64,000 bases of DNA from Octopus sinensis (taxonomy: Eukaryota), in NCBI RefSeq assembly GCF_006345805.1, contig NC_042998.1:124372001-124436000 (forward strand), read 5' to 3'. A program made the position numbers and the translations under genes. A model generated the notes under the pieces. It made no database searches and had not been told where the DNA came from. It saw only the letters and a program-made list of their open reading frames with translations. This document shows, in pieces, positions 37,781 through 53,014 of the stretch. Numbering within the stretch: the first letter of the stretch is position 1; each line of letters opens with the position of its first letter.

Positions 37781-38371
37781 TACAAAAATGAACTTATTGA
37801 ACTACTACTATCACTCAAGTAAGATTATATTTGTGATTTTTTCCCTTTTGTTTAATATCATGAGTACTTCGAAGGTCGCTCTGACTCTGTTGTTGCTATT
37901 GTTATTGATGCTATTATTGTAATATTACTTATTTGTCTATTCTTGTATGGCCCAGAGTGTGATAATTTGATTGGTGGAAAGTAATGTACATCGTATACCA
38001 AGAGATATCAGAACAATCCAAAGGAACATAATCGTATTCCACCAGATGAAGCGCCAACACACGGTTGTTGCTGAAAAAATACTCAATTATATAGAAATTA
38101 TAAATAATGAGTTTATATAATGGTATATGAATATAAAATCAGCAACTGAAAGCTGGTGTGTAAGGGCAACAACTAATCTTGTGATCTACTATTAAACCTT
38201 GATATCCTCCATCCTCGTGTTATATTATTCTTATACCCACACAGATATACATGCACACGCACACACATCTATATATACATACATATATGTACGCATGTAC
38301 ATACATAAGTATGTACCGATATATGTGTATATACATTTATATGTATGTGTGTATATATATATATGTATGTA

Positions 38372-38450
<79 letters not shown>

Positions 38451-38489
38451 ATATATATATATATATATATAATTTCAATAATAATAAAA

Positions 38490-41340
38490 TGGTAAAATTG
38501 ATTAATTAATCAATTAATAATAAGAGGGTAAAATTAATCAATTAATCAATTAATTAATAATTAATCATTTGGCCAAGTAGTTCGGTACGTTAAAATAAAG
38601 TATTTTTGGGGAGTAATTTGGCGCTGGTGAATGACATTTTTAAGGATTGCGGTTGCCTTTTTCATTCGATGGTCTTTAATACAGAGGAGCATGTTTTGGT
38701 GGATGATGTTGTATGCTGTATGATGTATGTATGTTCCTCGAATTCTGTGTTGATACATTAGATAAAGTTTTAAGTGTGTTATGGTGTTTTCTTGTTTTCC
38801 GTCACTCTTGGATGTCTATCATTTTTGAAAGTTCTTTTCAGTTTTTGATTAGACTGGCCGCGTATTATCTATCTAGTAATGTGTTCATAAGTTCTTGGAG
38901 TCGCTTTTCTTGGGTTTTGAGATTAGATGCAATCGTACAAATTTTTCTTGCTAAATTGAACGGTGTATTTATTTTAGCATGTTTTGGGTGGCCGGAGGAG
39001 AAGAGAAGTTCTTACTTTGAGTCTGTTGGTTTGAAGATGTCGATTTCAATTTCAGTATTTCTTTTTTTTTTCGATAAAGATGTCCAGTAAGGGTAGTTGT
39101 TTGTAGCTGTATTTCCTTGTAAACTGGATACTGTGGTTAATTCTGTTGATTTTGTAGCTGTATTTCATTGTAAACTGGATACTGTGGTTAATTCTGTTGA
39201 TTTTGCTTTTAAATTTTGCGAGTTGCTCAAGTTTATGTGGTCACACAATGATACAGTCATCCAGGTAGCGTTTCCAGTTGGTGAGTTAATATTCTTGGAA
39301 CTTGTCTCCAAATTTCAGCATAGCGTGCTCGTATATTTGTGCTTCCAAGTTTGACAAAAGTAGGGGTTACTCTCGTTCCCATTGCCGTGCTCGATGTTTG
39401 TCTATAAGCGTTCTCGTTGAAGTTGAAGAAGTTTTGTAGGATGAATTTTATTCCTTCAACGATGAATTCTTTTCTGATTCGGTCAGGAATGTCATTTGGG
39501 AATTTTTCCAGCCAGTATTGTATGGCTTTTATTCCGTTTTTGTGAGGAATCGAGGTGTAGAGGTTTATTACATCGAATGATGCCAAAAGGGAGTCCTTGC
39601 TGGTTTTGTTCGGGAGATGGTTTAAAATGTTCAACTCATTACTTATAAAGCTCGGTATATGTTGGAGAATAGATTTAAGGAAGACGTCGTTAACGTTACT
39701 GAGTCAGTGTGTCTTTCACGAGGGACCGGCCACAATTGGTTTCATTTTGATATCTCTCGGCTGTGGAATATTTATGACTACAGAAGTCGATTTGTTAAAG
39801 TTTTCGTTTATGGTTTCACTTTTCTGGATTTTGGAAATCTATTAAAGTTGCTGATTTTGCAGTCAAATCTAGTCAAGTAATCTCTCTCCTTTACCATTAA
39901 GTCTTAAAGGAGGATTAGGGTAGTGTTTATGTATTTTTCTAATTCCATGATTACTACAGCACTCCCTTTATCGATTTCTCTTATAATTATATTACGATCC
40001 TCCTTGAGATCATTAATGATTTCCCATTCTTCTCGACTTGTATTTGTTTTAAATTTTCGAGGTGGGAGTAATTTGTAGCATGGATAATTGGATTCCAAAT
40101 GACAAAAGTTATCCAGAGTTTGATTTCTTCCTTTTGTCGGACAGTAGTTACGTGTTGTGTTCTTGAGCAAGACACTTTATTTCACGTTGCTCCAATTCAC
40201 AGGTGCCAAGCTGTATCTGCTGTTGCTTTTCCCTTGGATAACACTGGTGGCGTGGAGAGGGGAGGCTGGTATTCATGGGCGACTGCTGGTCTTCCATAAA
40301 CAACCTTGCTCAAACTTGTGCCTCGGTGGGTAACTTTCTAGGTGCAATTCTATGGCCAGTGTCGCGACCGAAGCGGGGTCTCAATTACTTTTATCATGAA
40401 GTATTGAGTGACGATTAGCTTCTTTATCCAATAGTACTTCAGTGACTCGACGTTTTCTGCAGAATTCCTGGATATCATTTTGTATATCATCTAGGTTCGA
40501 TCTTTGTTGTATTGAGGTGAATTTCAGTCATTTTGCGAGAATATTGATTTGTTGGTTTGAAAGGGTTTTATGTGAGAGATTTATCACTTTCGAGATCTCA
40601 CATTTGGTTGTTGCCATCGAGTGTTTCGGATTTGGCCCAGTTTGCTTAAAAATGGTTTCTTGGATTTTTATATAAGGAATTAGTGCCCGTGTTGATTGTC
40701 CTTCCGTTGACCCTTGGTCTATTGTGCGTTCACCGTTGTGGTCGGTTCTGAGTGGGGTCGTCGTAATGGTTATATCTTGTGGTATGAGCAAGGTGGAAGA
40801 TATATCTTCATTCTTTTTTCCTGTTAAAACTCTTCATTATGTGGCATGTGTGTCTGATGTGGGGAGTTCTTATTTCTCTTACACTTCCGTCTGAAAGCGT
40901 TATTCACGAAGACGTTACATCCGAGACGTGGGGGGTTCTTGGGGTGAGATGGGTTTCTGTATTTTTGAGTGGTTTCGTCTTGTGGTGAAGGATGCATTGG
41001 AATTTTCCATTTTGTGTCGGTTATTCTTGATTCTGGATGGGCATTCAAGTATTGTTCCAGTAGCAACTTTCTTCCGGTTGTGTGGAGTTCGTAAATTTTT
41101 TTCAAGAAATGGTCATCAGATTGGTATTCCTCATTGAATTTTTCCTCATAATGATTGAACTAATCGTTGTTTTATTCCCATCTTTGAAATAAGATTACTT
41201 CCTCGTTTTTACATTTCTCTCTCCAGAGTAAAATGGTATTGTCAAAAGGTTCCCCTTGAGCTTTCTCACGATTTCAATCTTCATTTCTTCATAAACTGCG
41301 GTAATCTTTTCTTAATGGGACTGAGTTCTGTTTCCATTTT
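38490..41340 (-). mobile_element. Degraded Penelope-like retroelement (RT clear, C-terminal endonuclease eroded)
   Basis: LLASFDVINLYTSIPH, STAMGT and WKRYLDDCII (YLDD at 39256-39267) are PLE-type RT motifs, followed by I.FT and LPLLDI. Many frameshifts; the 3' end runs into (TA)n/(TG)n. Confidence 0.82.
40148..40385 (+). mobile_element. SINE fragment (family D 3' part) inserted in the PLE
   Basis: Reverse complement of ~18930-19130; begins GTGTTCTTGAGCAAGACACTTTATTTCAC. Confidence 0.7.
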
Positions 41341-42280
41341 GAAGTTCAGCCAGGCAGAACGAAAAATTTGACCACAGGAAAAACAAGACGTCATCAGTAT
41401 ATTAACGAATCAAAAATCAGATCCGTTCGGGGAAAAATATATAAATACACCGGATTCCAAAAATATATGTCACTAAAGTGAACAAAGACATTAATAATCA
41501 CCAGTATCGCTAGAAATAAGACTCAAAACATCTGCAAAGCGAGCAAAAGCGCTATATTAATGAGGGGAGAAGGGAGCCAAGCTCCCTATCGTCGCAGATA
41601 CAGCCAAATCATCGATGATTTCGCGTTCTGATGCTTAATTAGATATAAGCACCGATTAGCAAACAATTCTGTTCGTTGAAATGATAAACAATACCAGCAG
41701 ATATTGCCCCATCAAAGTTCCGCCCACACCTGGCTGATAAGACATAACATGTGAAAACACAGGTGTCCCAGAATGCCCCACACAAATGAAATGAGTGTGT
41801 TGAACAGATTATTGTCTAAAAGAGGAAGTTATTCTATAGACATGCTCTTACGACATACACTACAGAGCCAAGCATGTTTTGCGTCTGAACCTGCCAAGAC
41901 ATGTTACGAATAAATATGCAAATATTTATTCCGGACCTAGCTGTCGACGAGTATTTTATTGCATATAGCCAGATAGATGGATAGGTAGATAGGTAGATAG
42001 ATACACACATACATGCATAGATACATACATACATGCATGCATACATACATACATACATACACATACATACATACATACATACATACATACATACATACAT
42101 ACATACATACATACATACATGCATAATACAGGAAATACTAATTACCACACCAAACCTAATCCGTATGAGTTGATTATAAGGCTTTAGACGGCCATAAGCG
42201 TCTTGCAAAAATGGTTTTCGACCAGAATTATTCTATATCGATAAGACTGATTTTCTATCTGGCTATCTGCTTGGTTACCG

Positions 42281-42325
42281 ACCACTGATGATCAACGATA
42301 CTGAGAAATCACGTGATATGTTTGT
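42281..42325 (+). ncRNA. Solitary hammerhead-like motif: canonical core, weak stem I
   Basis: CTGATGA 42285-42291, stem II TCA(ACGATAC)TGA, GAAA 42305-42308, palindromic helix III ATCACGTGAT, ATA triplet. Stem I ACCA/TGTT has a mismatch. Confidence 0.5.
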
Positions 42326-42746
42326 GCCATCCGCCCGTTTTCTGATAGAATTTTGTCCACCGGTAATAGAATTCAGATGCTTTGTGGCATTTGTCGTCAA
42401 TATGAATTGATTTTTCAGGACGTGTACAACAGTCTAAGGCATTAAAAATGAAACATCCAATTTAGAGAGCTAATTAATATTCCTCCCAAAAAGTATTTCT
42501 GTCGCAAATAGCTAATTTATACATACAATATATATTTAAAATACATGCATATATATTATATACTTAAAATACACACCGACACAGACATACTCACGTACAC
42601 AAACACAAACACACGAAGACACACACACGCTCCCTCCCTACCTCTCCCCATATATGCGTGTATATATATATGTATATATATATATATATATTATATATAT
42701 ATATACATACACACACGCATATATATATATATACACACACATACAC

Positions 42747-42867
<121 letters not shown>

Positions 42868-43224
42868 CCCAATCTAACACTGCAAAGAACCAATTTCTAT
42901 ACAAGAACGTTTAAATAAAGTAAATTTGTTCATCGAAAATTACAGAAGATGTCTAAATATGATCACATACTCATCACTGTACATATATCATTTCACTACT
43001 GAAGCTTTTGAGTTCTTGTGTATATATATTTATTTATACCCTTCCTAAACGATGAGCAATTAATCCCCCTTTCACCAATATTAACGATCACCAATTACCT
43101 CCCCTTAGATGCTTCTACTTGTTGAATCATTCATTCAAAAACTCCACACACAACATTGACTAAAATCTTATGAAAATACGAAGCGAAAGCAAAATCGGTC
43201 GACAAGTACAACATAAAATATATT

Positions 43225-43835
43225 AAAAACATATTAAACCTATTTTATTTTTCAAAATTGAGATAAACAAAGTTCTTTTTTAATCTGCAATATACTCGCC
43301 TACATTTCCTACAATACCCTTCCGTCTATCTGGTAAACTTGAAAACCCTCTCTTCCAAAATATATTTATCCTTGTTGAAGAATACTCCTCCACTACTCTT
43401 CTGACCTCATATTTTTTTCTGTTCCAATGATTTTGAAGACTGCGAAATAAATGATAATCAGATGGGGCAATGTCCAGCGAATATGTTGGGTGGGGGACGG
43501 TTTCCAATTGAAACTGCCCCAGCCTTTGGGATGTCATCCTCGCTGTATGTGGCCGAGCATTATCCTGATGGAAGAATAGCTTTCGTCTTGAAACCAAAGA
43601 TGGTCGTGTTTCTTCTGGTGCTGACTAAAGCCGCTCAAGCTGCTCGCACTAGACTGCCTTTAATAACTGTTAAAACTGCACTCTCCAAAACTTGCACTAA
43701 GAGTAAAGCCAAGGTAAAGTTACTACCCGTTTTTATAGCAAGTCCATGCAAGTATTTTATCCCATACCCCTCCGAGTTTTAGTTCATGCAATTGAAAAGG
43801 CCGCATTATTTATGGCATGGCCCAAGAAATAACAT
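43225..43835 (-). mobile_element. Internally deleted mariner transposon relic (C-terminal DD34D region)
   Basis: ORF 43280-43597: FHQDNARPHTA..HPTYSLDIAPSDYHLFRSLQNH (mariner DNARPH and YSPDLAPxD motifs). Confidence 0.85.
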
Positions 43836-45305
43836 GATTCAGTATACCCATACAGGTAATACATATACATACATACTCATATATACATGAAGACACACAC
43901 ACACACATATACATATGTGGACAAAGAAGTAAAAAAAAGTGAGAACACAGTCATAACATTTTTTAATGTGTGTGTTTCTGGATGTGGGTATGTTTCTGTG
44001 TGCTCTTGTGTGTGTGTGTGTGAGTGTGTGTGTGAGTGTGTGTGTGTGTGTGAGTGTGTGTGTGAGTGTGTATATGTGTGTGTGTGTGTGTATGTGTGTG
44101 TGTGTTTTGAGTGCGCTTGTGTATGTGTTTGTCTCTTTGGGTTCGGGGGAATATTTCTAACACATTTCTTTGAGAGCAATGGGCAAGCGCGCATAGTCCA
44201 TCAGTCAGCAGTTTATGGATTAACATTCGTAATACAACAACCGTTAAAAATAGTAGCCAAAAGTGAAATAACTCAATGAACAATGAAGCTGACATCGTCT
44301 GACTGCTTTACTGAGGTCTATCTAGTAAACTACTTTGTATGTATTTATATGAGTGTGCTGTGGTGATTCAAATCTAGGACCAAATTGTATCCTTGAATTC
44401 ACCATCTAATATGTCATAGCCATTTCGTAATCAAACCTGCCATATAAGGCTTAAATATTCTGCCTATTTCATGCTCAAACTGGCCAGATCAGGCCTCTCA
44501 CACCTACTCTACAGTGTCATTCTATAAATAAACAACCCCTTTACCGAAAGGTCAAAGCTATGAGAAAATGCATTATGAATTTAGAATAATGTGAATAACC
44601 AAGTACTACATTTGACTAAGTATTACATTTGGCAGAGTCATCTGAATGCTAAAAGATTTGAGAAATTCACATATTTGAAATTGCCGCCCCTTTATCTAAT
44701 TTATTTGATTTTCAATATAATATTTCCAGATTTCAAATCTCCCATTGGAATCTACACATACTAATGTGCCATACAGATTAAATACGGTGAGTAATTACAG
44801 CATGTTATGTAAATTCTTCTGCATTAGCTACGAATAGAATTAATGGGAATTAAGAAGCAAATGATCACTATTTGTATCAAACGCTCATATATTTTACAGT
44901 TTGCTTACATAACGATTTCGTGGATTATACGAGATTTCTTTATATTTTCTATGCGGAAAATACTTTTGAAAATATGTGCGATGCATTTATTGAGATTACT
45001 CTTTCTAACTGCCTTTTAGCATTGTAAGATGTCCAGTATAAGAATGTATAAAACAGACAAGAATGTACACATCAGTATGTACGCGTGTGCGTGCGTGTGT
45101 ACGTTTGTGTGTGTGCGTTTGAGTGTGTGTGGATGGGTATAAACAATATAAATTGAAAAAGTATAAATGCTTATATTGTTACCAGATTATACGTTAATAT
45201 ACGCAGTTCTATACATAAAATAAAAACATACATAGACGTGCAAAAGTACACACATAAACATGTATTCATATACATACATGCATGAATACATACATACAGA
45301 CATAT

Positions 45306-45339
<34 letters not shown>

Positions 45340-45353
45340 ACATACATACATAT

Positions 45354-45384
<31 letters not shown>

Positions 45385-46052
45385 CATACATACATATATA
45401 CATACATACATATATACATACATATATACATACATACATACATACATACATACATACATACATACATACATACATACATACATACATACACACATACGTA
45501 CGTACGTACATACATACATTTCTGAAACACACTGCTTGCGCTTCCATTTATATAAACTTTTATATATGTAATCTTGGGTGAGGATGTAGTTGGATTTAGA
45601 GGACTGGATGTGTATGTGTAAACAGGCATGTATATATGTTGTGTAGGTAGAGACAGACAGACAAAGAGGGACCGGGAGAAAAGAACGAAATGATAGGAGA
45701 GAGATAGAGAGAAAGTGAGAAAGAGAAAGAGAGAGAGAGTGAGACAATCTCCATTATATAGCTTAAACCATTAACGAGGCGCTATTGAGGTTGTTCGTAA
45801 AATCAATATCTGTGATACATTGATGTCACAACTTTGAAGAAGACGTCTTACCGTGTATGTGCATGAGTAAAGTGTATGCGCTTACAAACATTCATACACA
45901 CACTCATACACACAGGCACGCATATCTGTGTATGTATATATAATTATGGATATGTGTGAGGACATATATATATGTATGTATGTATACCTGCATGCGTACA
46001 TATATAAATATGTTTGTATGTATGTACGCCTGCATATATATATACATACATA

Positions 46053-46148
<96 letters not shown>

Positions 46149-46868
46149 ATGTATATTTATATATATTTCTTTTACGTTTAGAATATATTGTATTTTATTG
46201 CAATAACTTAACATATGGCTTTGGTGATATTTTGAAGCCTGAATCTGCGATGAATTTTCAATTGCCGAAGCGATCAATACTTTCGTTTTATTCTTCTAAT
46301 CTAAAACGATTGCAAATTTATTGTGAATGCATTTTTATGTGAAAATGCGAGTGAATTTTGAAATATATGCATGAATACAAAGAAGAATGAATATAAGCAT
46401 ATTTTATTGAAAATGACATTATATACATATATATTTATATCTAATAATCTTTCTCTATTTCTAGGGAGCGCGGACAGTTATCTAAAATACAAGTGTTTGG
46501 ATATACGTATATGCGTGTTCACGTGCGTGCGCGCGTGTATATACACAACATATACAGACATGTATACATACACACACGCTTATACCTGTATATTCAAACA
46601 CTTATATATATATATGTGTGTGTGTGTGTATGTGTGTGGTTGTTTGTGTTGGTGTGTGTGTGTATGTGTGTATATGTGTGCGTGTGTGTATATATATATT
46701 TATGTATATATAGATATGTATATATACATAAATATATATACATATATATATGTATATGTATATTATATATCTATATACATATATATATATATATATATTA
46801 CATATTTGTATATATACATATACATACGCATACACATATATATACATACACACACATATATACATTTG

Positions 46869-46903
<35 letters not shown>

Positions 46904-48289
46904 GTGTGTGTTGTGTGTGTGTGTTGTGTGTGTGTCTTAGAGAGAATGAGATATAGAAAGACACCGATAGAAAAAGATAAAGCTATATATATAGAATGTG
47001 CATGTATGTGTCTATGTATATGCCTGTTTTATGCATGTATGGGTGTGTGTGTGTGTGTTTGTGTGTCGATGTGTAGTTTCAGGAATAGACAGAGAAAGAT
47101 ACATACAAATTTACATAATTCTAGATATAGGTAATATAAAGAGAAATTGATATATGGTGACATGCACGTTGTCACGGTATTGCAAATTCCTCTTAATATT
47201 TAAATATATTTACCATAAATATCATTGCATATTCCTAAAGCTAATAATATCTCAAAAGTTATATAACTTTATCTAACTCTGTACCATGCAAAACGTTTCT
47301 CAAATATATGCTTATATCGTGTATGCATATATGCTTGTAGGCATAATATTTACATATATGTATGTGCGTATGCATATATGCATGAGAGTGTGTTAGTATC
47401 AGGTTGAATATATGTGTGAGTATGTGTGAGTGTGTCTGTTGAACTTTTCGATAAGCTTGCTTTTATCTTTATAAAACAAATATATCTTCATATATGCTAC
47501 TACATAATTTAATAAGTTACAAGACTTTGTGAACGCTACAGATATATTTTGATTATGAAATGCATAAAAACGTCCTTTATATTTTAAATATTGGTTTGCT
47601 GAAGTAGCATTTATTGTATACTATTAATATTCATTTAGTAAATATATTCATCTTTATAAAATAATTGGTGTGCTTCAGAGAGTACTTCGTAACGTCATGA
47701 CGATAAATTCTTTTGTCTTTAGATTTTATTCAAGACACACTTTGCATAACCTGAATGTTCAAAACAAAATTATTTGATTGTTAAATGCACGCCAGAGTAA
47801 CATCACAGCTTACTTCTAATCATCTATCCCCAGCAACAAAAGCCGGTGAATTTCTCGTAAGCATAGGAGTATCTAATCAGATTGAAACAGTTGCAAATAT
47901 ATGTTATATCCTCAAATTCATTTTACTGTAAAACTGAAATTTCCATTACAGTAGTTGTCTTACTTTCCCCGGGTTTGCATTGTCGAAAGATTTGTAATCC
48001 TATATCAACCACCAGTAACCGCCATTTTTCTAAAGTAAATAACTGGACTGAAAAAAAGTGTTAGTCCCATCCACAAAAGGAGCAATAAATGTGAATACCC
48101 GACCTAATTTTTAGAACAAGAATTATCCGTTTCTCATGTGTGAATGTGCTCCAAACCAAATCAGAAAACAAGCAAGTAGCTCGTAAGTGGTATAGAAGTA
48201 TAACTTTCACAGTGAATTATGAGGTGGCAGATGCAGTAGATGTTTACCAATATAATGAATTAGTGTCATACTTTCGAGAAAAGACGAAC

Positions 48290-49990
48290 AAAAATAAGAA
48301 AATGATAATCACCAGAGAGAGATAAAATTCTTAACTTCTGGCTGAATGCTTTCCAAGAATCTCAAAGGAGACTCTACGATAGTATTATGCACGACTCCAG
48401 AGAAAATCTATCTATTCTTGGCTGGTAAATGGAGTAAACGGTTCATGAGGACTGATACGTGGTTGATTGCAAAAAAAGTGCTTGACAGCTTTCCCCTTCG
48501 CTGGAAGAGAAAAGCTTGAAAATATATAAAATCTCCAATGATTCATAATTGTCTGTCGATGGGAAATGACACACATACTGAATTCAGAGACAAGTACTAT
48601 GAACGATGGCCACATCGATATAAACTGCAGTATTTTTCAGGGTGATTGTCTATCACCACTACACTTTTGTGTGGCTCTCATTTCTCTAAATAAGCTGTGT
48701 ATGATACAAAACATGGTTACAGGATATATGATAGACAAATCAATGGCCTTCTTTACATGAATGCCCTAAAGCTTTCCACAAAAGATGGTTAACAACTGGA
48801 ACATCTTTTAACTGTGATGAAACGGTTCAGTAACGGTACTGGAATGGATTTCGGTCTTGATAAAAGGGAGACTCCTCAAAATGAAAACATACAGACAAAC
48901 AAGTCCAGCAACGTCAACAAATGAAATCCCAAACAAAATTTTTAATATTTTGGTGAAGGTAAATTTGATGGCATCTAACACTCACAAATGCCTGAAAAAA
49001 TATGGAATGTCAATGTAGATCAACGCTATCCTAAAACTCGAACATAATGAGAGAAAGAGAAATGATATATTCAATAGTTTAGCTATATTTGTTGTAACTT
49101 TCAGTTTTAAATTCATAAAACGGTCCCGCAGTGAGATCAGTAAAATTGTTACAAAAATACGCAACCTCCTCCCAATGCACCTTATACATCATCAAATGAA
49201 GAACACCAGTGACTGGATGCTTAAACTTGTGTGCAAAATACGAAAGTTAAAACAAAATGTATTACGTTCTGGAATTAAAGATCGACGCGACTGAAGCGCA
49301 GGAAGATGAAATAGAAAAACCCATTGCGATATCAAAATAAATACACAAACCAAATCAAAAAGAATCTCAGTGCTGCGAAAAACATGGAAAATTAAGGCAC
49401 TCTACAGCAAATATTCTAGAAGGGCCATAAAATCTTGAAGTAAATACAAATAAGGCCCATCATCAAATGACTGCATCTGGATTTAAATCAGAAGCAGAGG
49501 GTTTTATTATAGTAGTTTAGTATCAGTGTCTCACCCACCAGAAACTACCAAGCAATGGTGGTGATCCTACCCACCACTTTTCTGGTGCAGCCTTGGAAAC
49601 AATCGACCATTTTTGAAGGCTCTGTACTTGCTCGGAACGAATATATTAATCGCCAAGATTTGTACTCGATCATATACCGAAAATCTGTACTCTCATCTGC
49701 AAAGGACTTGTAGGAACAAAAGCCTGCCAATGCAGCAGAATATAAAGCTATCACCGAGCTTTCGAACTTTAGTTTTTAAACTGGCCGATCATGCTATATA
49801 GTACTACAAGATATTGTGGTAAAATATTGCATCGACAAAATATATCTACTCGTAGATTTGTCCACCGCAGCATAGTGCAACACTTCTTTAAAAACATTTG
49901 AGAATTTAAGAAAATATAAGCATTTTGAAATAGTGGCCTCAAAAATGTGTCATCTATTAATAACAATTGTATCTGTAAACATCTGAGTTT
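48290..49990 (+). mobile_element. Heavily degraded R4/Dong-like relic A
   Basis: Scattered motifs: LNFWLN, WLIAKKVLDSFP, CSIFQGDCLSPL, LYMNALKL, GMDFGLDK, SGFKSEAEGFI, ETIDH. Confidence 0.7.
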
Positions 49991-50229
49991 CTAACACAAT
50001 AGCAAATAACACTCTTAAACATTACGACCACATACCAAGAATCGCAAGATATCAGAAATACAAAACGTTATTGCCCACATTGTAATACAGACATTGACAT
50101 CTTCAAAACACCTGATTTTCTTAAACCTTGCTCAAAATTGAAATATTACAAATTCAACAGAGTCCTAGTTTTCATATTCGGGTCTCATTCTCATACAATA
50201 TATCATTGCTAATCAAAAATCACACAAAT

Positions 50230-50930
50230 AGAAAACGTCCAGCTTGCTATTTCGCGAGTTCTTTGCTTGAATCTCAAAACAGCTCGTATTAAATAAGTGA
50301 ACAATACCGTAAACAATAGAGAATTGAGAAACTTAGGTAGAAAATCCAGGAAATTATTAACAGCGTACAAGCGACACCACCCAAAAGCCAACACAAATAG
50401 AATATATCTACCCTACTTACAAGGAGGTCGCGGCCCGACAGATAGAGAACTATTATAAAATAACAATAGTTGGACTAGAAAAATACATAGCAGCAAAATT
50501 GGACGACTGCTACATATAATGAAATAACACGAAAAAAAGAAAACGCTTTTCTTTATACGCACGGAGACGATAATAATACAAATCAGAAGCAAATACACTG
50601 AATCGTCGAATTCACATGTATGACAACACGACACACATTATCAAAAGACGAAAAATAACATGAAAACACACTATAAAACATACTAAAGAAGAAATGGACA
50701 GGAAAATCACTCCATGGCATTGTCAGTAGCCTGAAAATCTTGACAAAGAAGTAATCCTAAGTGAAAGCAAACAATGGTGCAAATGCTCTTGACTAAAAGT
50801 AGAAACGGAAGGGTTGATTCTCACAAGACTTGTGAGGAAGGTGCTCGAAAATATGGGATTTACCTTAGTTCACTGGTAGTGAACAGCTGACAGCGTAGTA
50901 CATCCCCAGCGTTAGAAGCTGTGCAAAGGC
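50230..50930 (+). mobile_element. R4/Dong-like relic B
   Basis: RKSRKLLTAYKRHHPKANTNRIYLPYLQGGRG and LKVETEGLI. 3' UTR 50861-50924 closely matches 52867-52930. Followed by (TAA)n. Confidence 0.75.
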
Positions 50931-51405
<475 letters not shown>

Positions 51406-51432
51406 GCACGTTATAAAAATAAAACTACTGAA

Positions 51433-51646
<214 letters not shown>

Positions 51647-52934
51647 GGCATCTGGAGAAATCAGGAGAGGCATGCAACAAGTAACACCAGAGTGGTTGAC
51701 ATTGCGTAGGACAGTACTGTGCTTGAAAAACATCGGAAAAGGCAATACGGTAGACAATTGCAGGCCGATATCCTGTTTAACACTTATGTGGAATTTTTTG
51801 ACTGGAATACTCACAGTGTCAATGCACGAACATCTGGACAAAAAATGGAGTCCTGCCACATGAGCAGAAGGGTCACAAGCGTAAGTGCAGAGGTACCAAG
51901 GATCAAGTCCTCATAGACAAAAATGTATTAGAGGAGGAAAAGTAACTTAGCCAAAAAATTTAGGGTGTAGTACTTGCGCAAACTGAGACTGATCCTTAAG
52001 TCGAAATTAAACGTACGGAATAAGATTGAAGCTATTAACACCTGGGCGGTTTCACTCCTTAGATACGGAGCAGGGGTAATCGCATGGGCAACAGACGAAC
52101 TAAACAGCTTAGACAGAAAGACAAGGAAGTTGCTAACTAGATATGGGACACACCACCAGAAAAGTTTTAGTTTTTTTTTTGTTTGTTCCTTCTCGACCCA
52201 GGCCTGGCTCATAAGGGTCGGTTTCCCGGTTTCCTTGGCGTAAAGGTTCCCCACCTGGACAGGACGCCGATCCGTCGCAGAGGAGCTGCTTGATGCAGGA
52301 GGAAAGAGTGGCAGAAAGTTGTGCCGGAGCCGCGTGAAGCTTAGGTGTTTCGCTCATAAGCACTCACATCGCTCGGTCTCAGATTCGAACCCGCGATCCC
52401 TCGACCGCGAGTCTGCTGCTCTAATCACTTGGCCATGTGCCTCCACACCAGAAAAGTGACACAGACAGATTGTATATAACAAGAAAAAGAGGGAAAAGAG
52501 GACTTATTGGCATATTACCATGATTTTATGATTCAGTGCGACCATGAGATAGAGAATAGGAAGCCAGACACAGTCTTAATTGAGAAAGAAAGCAAACTAA
52601 GTTGGATCATAGATATAGCATGCCCAGCTGACAACAAAGTATGCGATAAGGAAGAAATAAAAGTCGAGAGATATGGCTATCTATATGGGAGGTAAAGCAG
52701 TTATGATCGATGAAAAAGGTGGTAGTAGTTCCAATAATCGTCGGAGCCCTGGGAACAGTGAGTAAAAAATTTTGAGAAGTATATGGAACAAAATGTACTG
52801 CAATAAGGGTAGAGCACTTGCAGAAAACAGCACTGCTTGGAACCGCTCGAAAAAAAAATGGGGTGTTACCTTAGTTCACTGGTAGTAAACAACTGACAGT
52901 GTAGTACATCTCCAGCGTTAGAAGCTGTGCGAAG
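51647..52934 (+). mobile_element. R4/Dong-like relic D, internally deleted, with a SINE insertion
   Basis: [45 protein letters not shown]|SDTDRLY, KPDTVL, VVVPIIVGALG. Followed by (TAA)n from 52935. Confidence 0.82.
52166..52445 (-). mobile_element. tRNA-derived SINE (family D head) with 12-bp TSD
   Basis: Minus-strand head GGAGGCACATGGCCAAGTGATTAG..GGTTCGAATC. TSD CACCAGAAAAGT at 52154-52165 and 52446-52457. Confidence 0.88.
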
Positions 52935-52991
<57 letters not shown>

Positions 52992-53014
52992 TAATAATAA
53001 TAATAATAATGATA

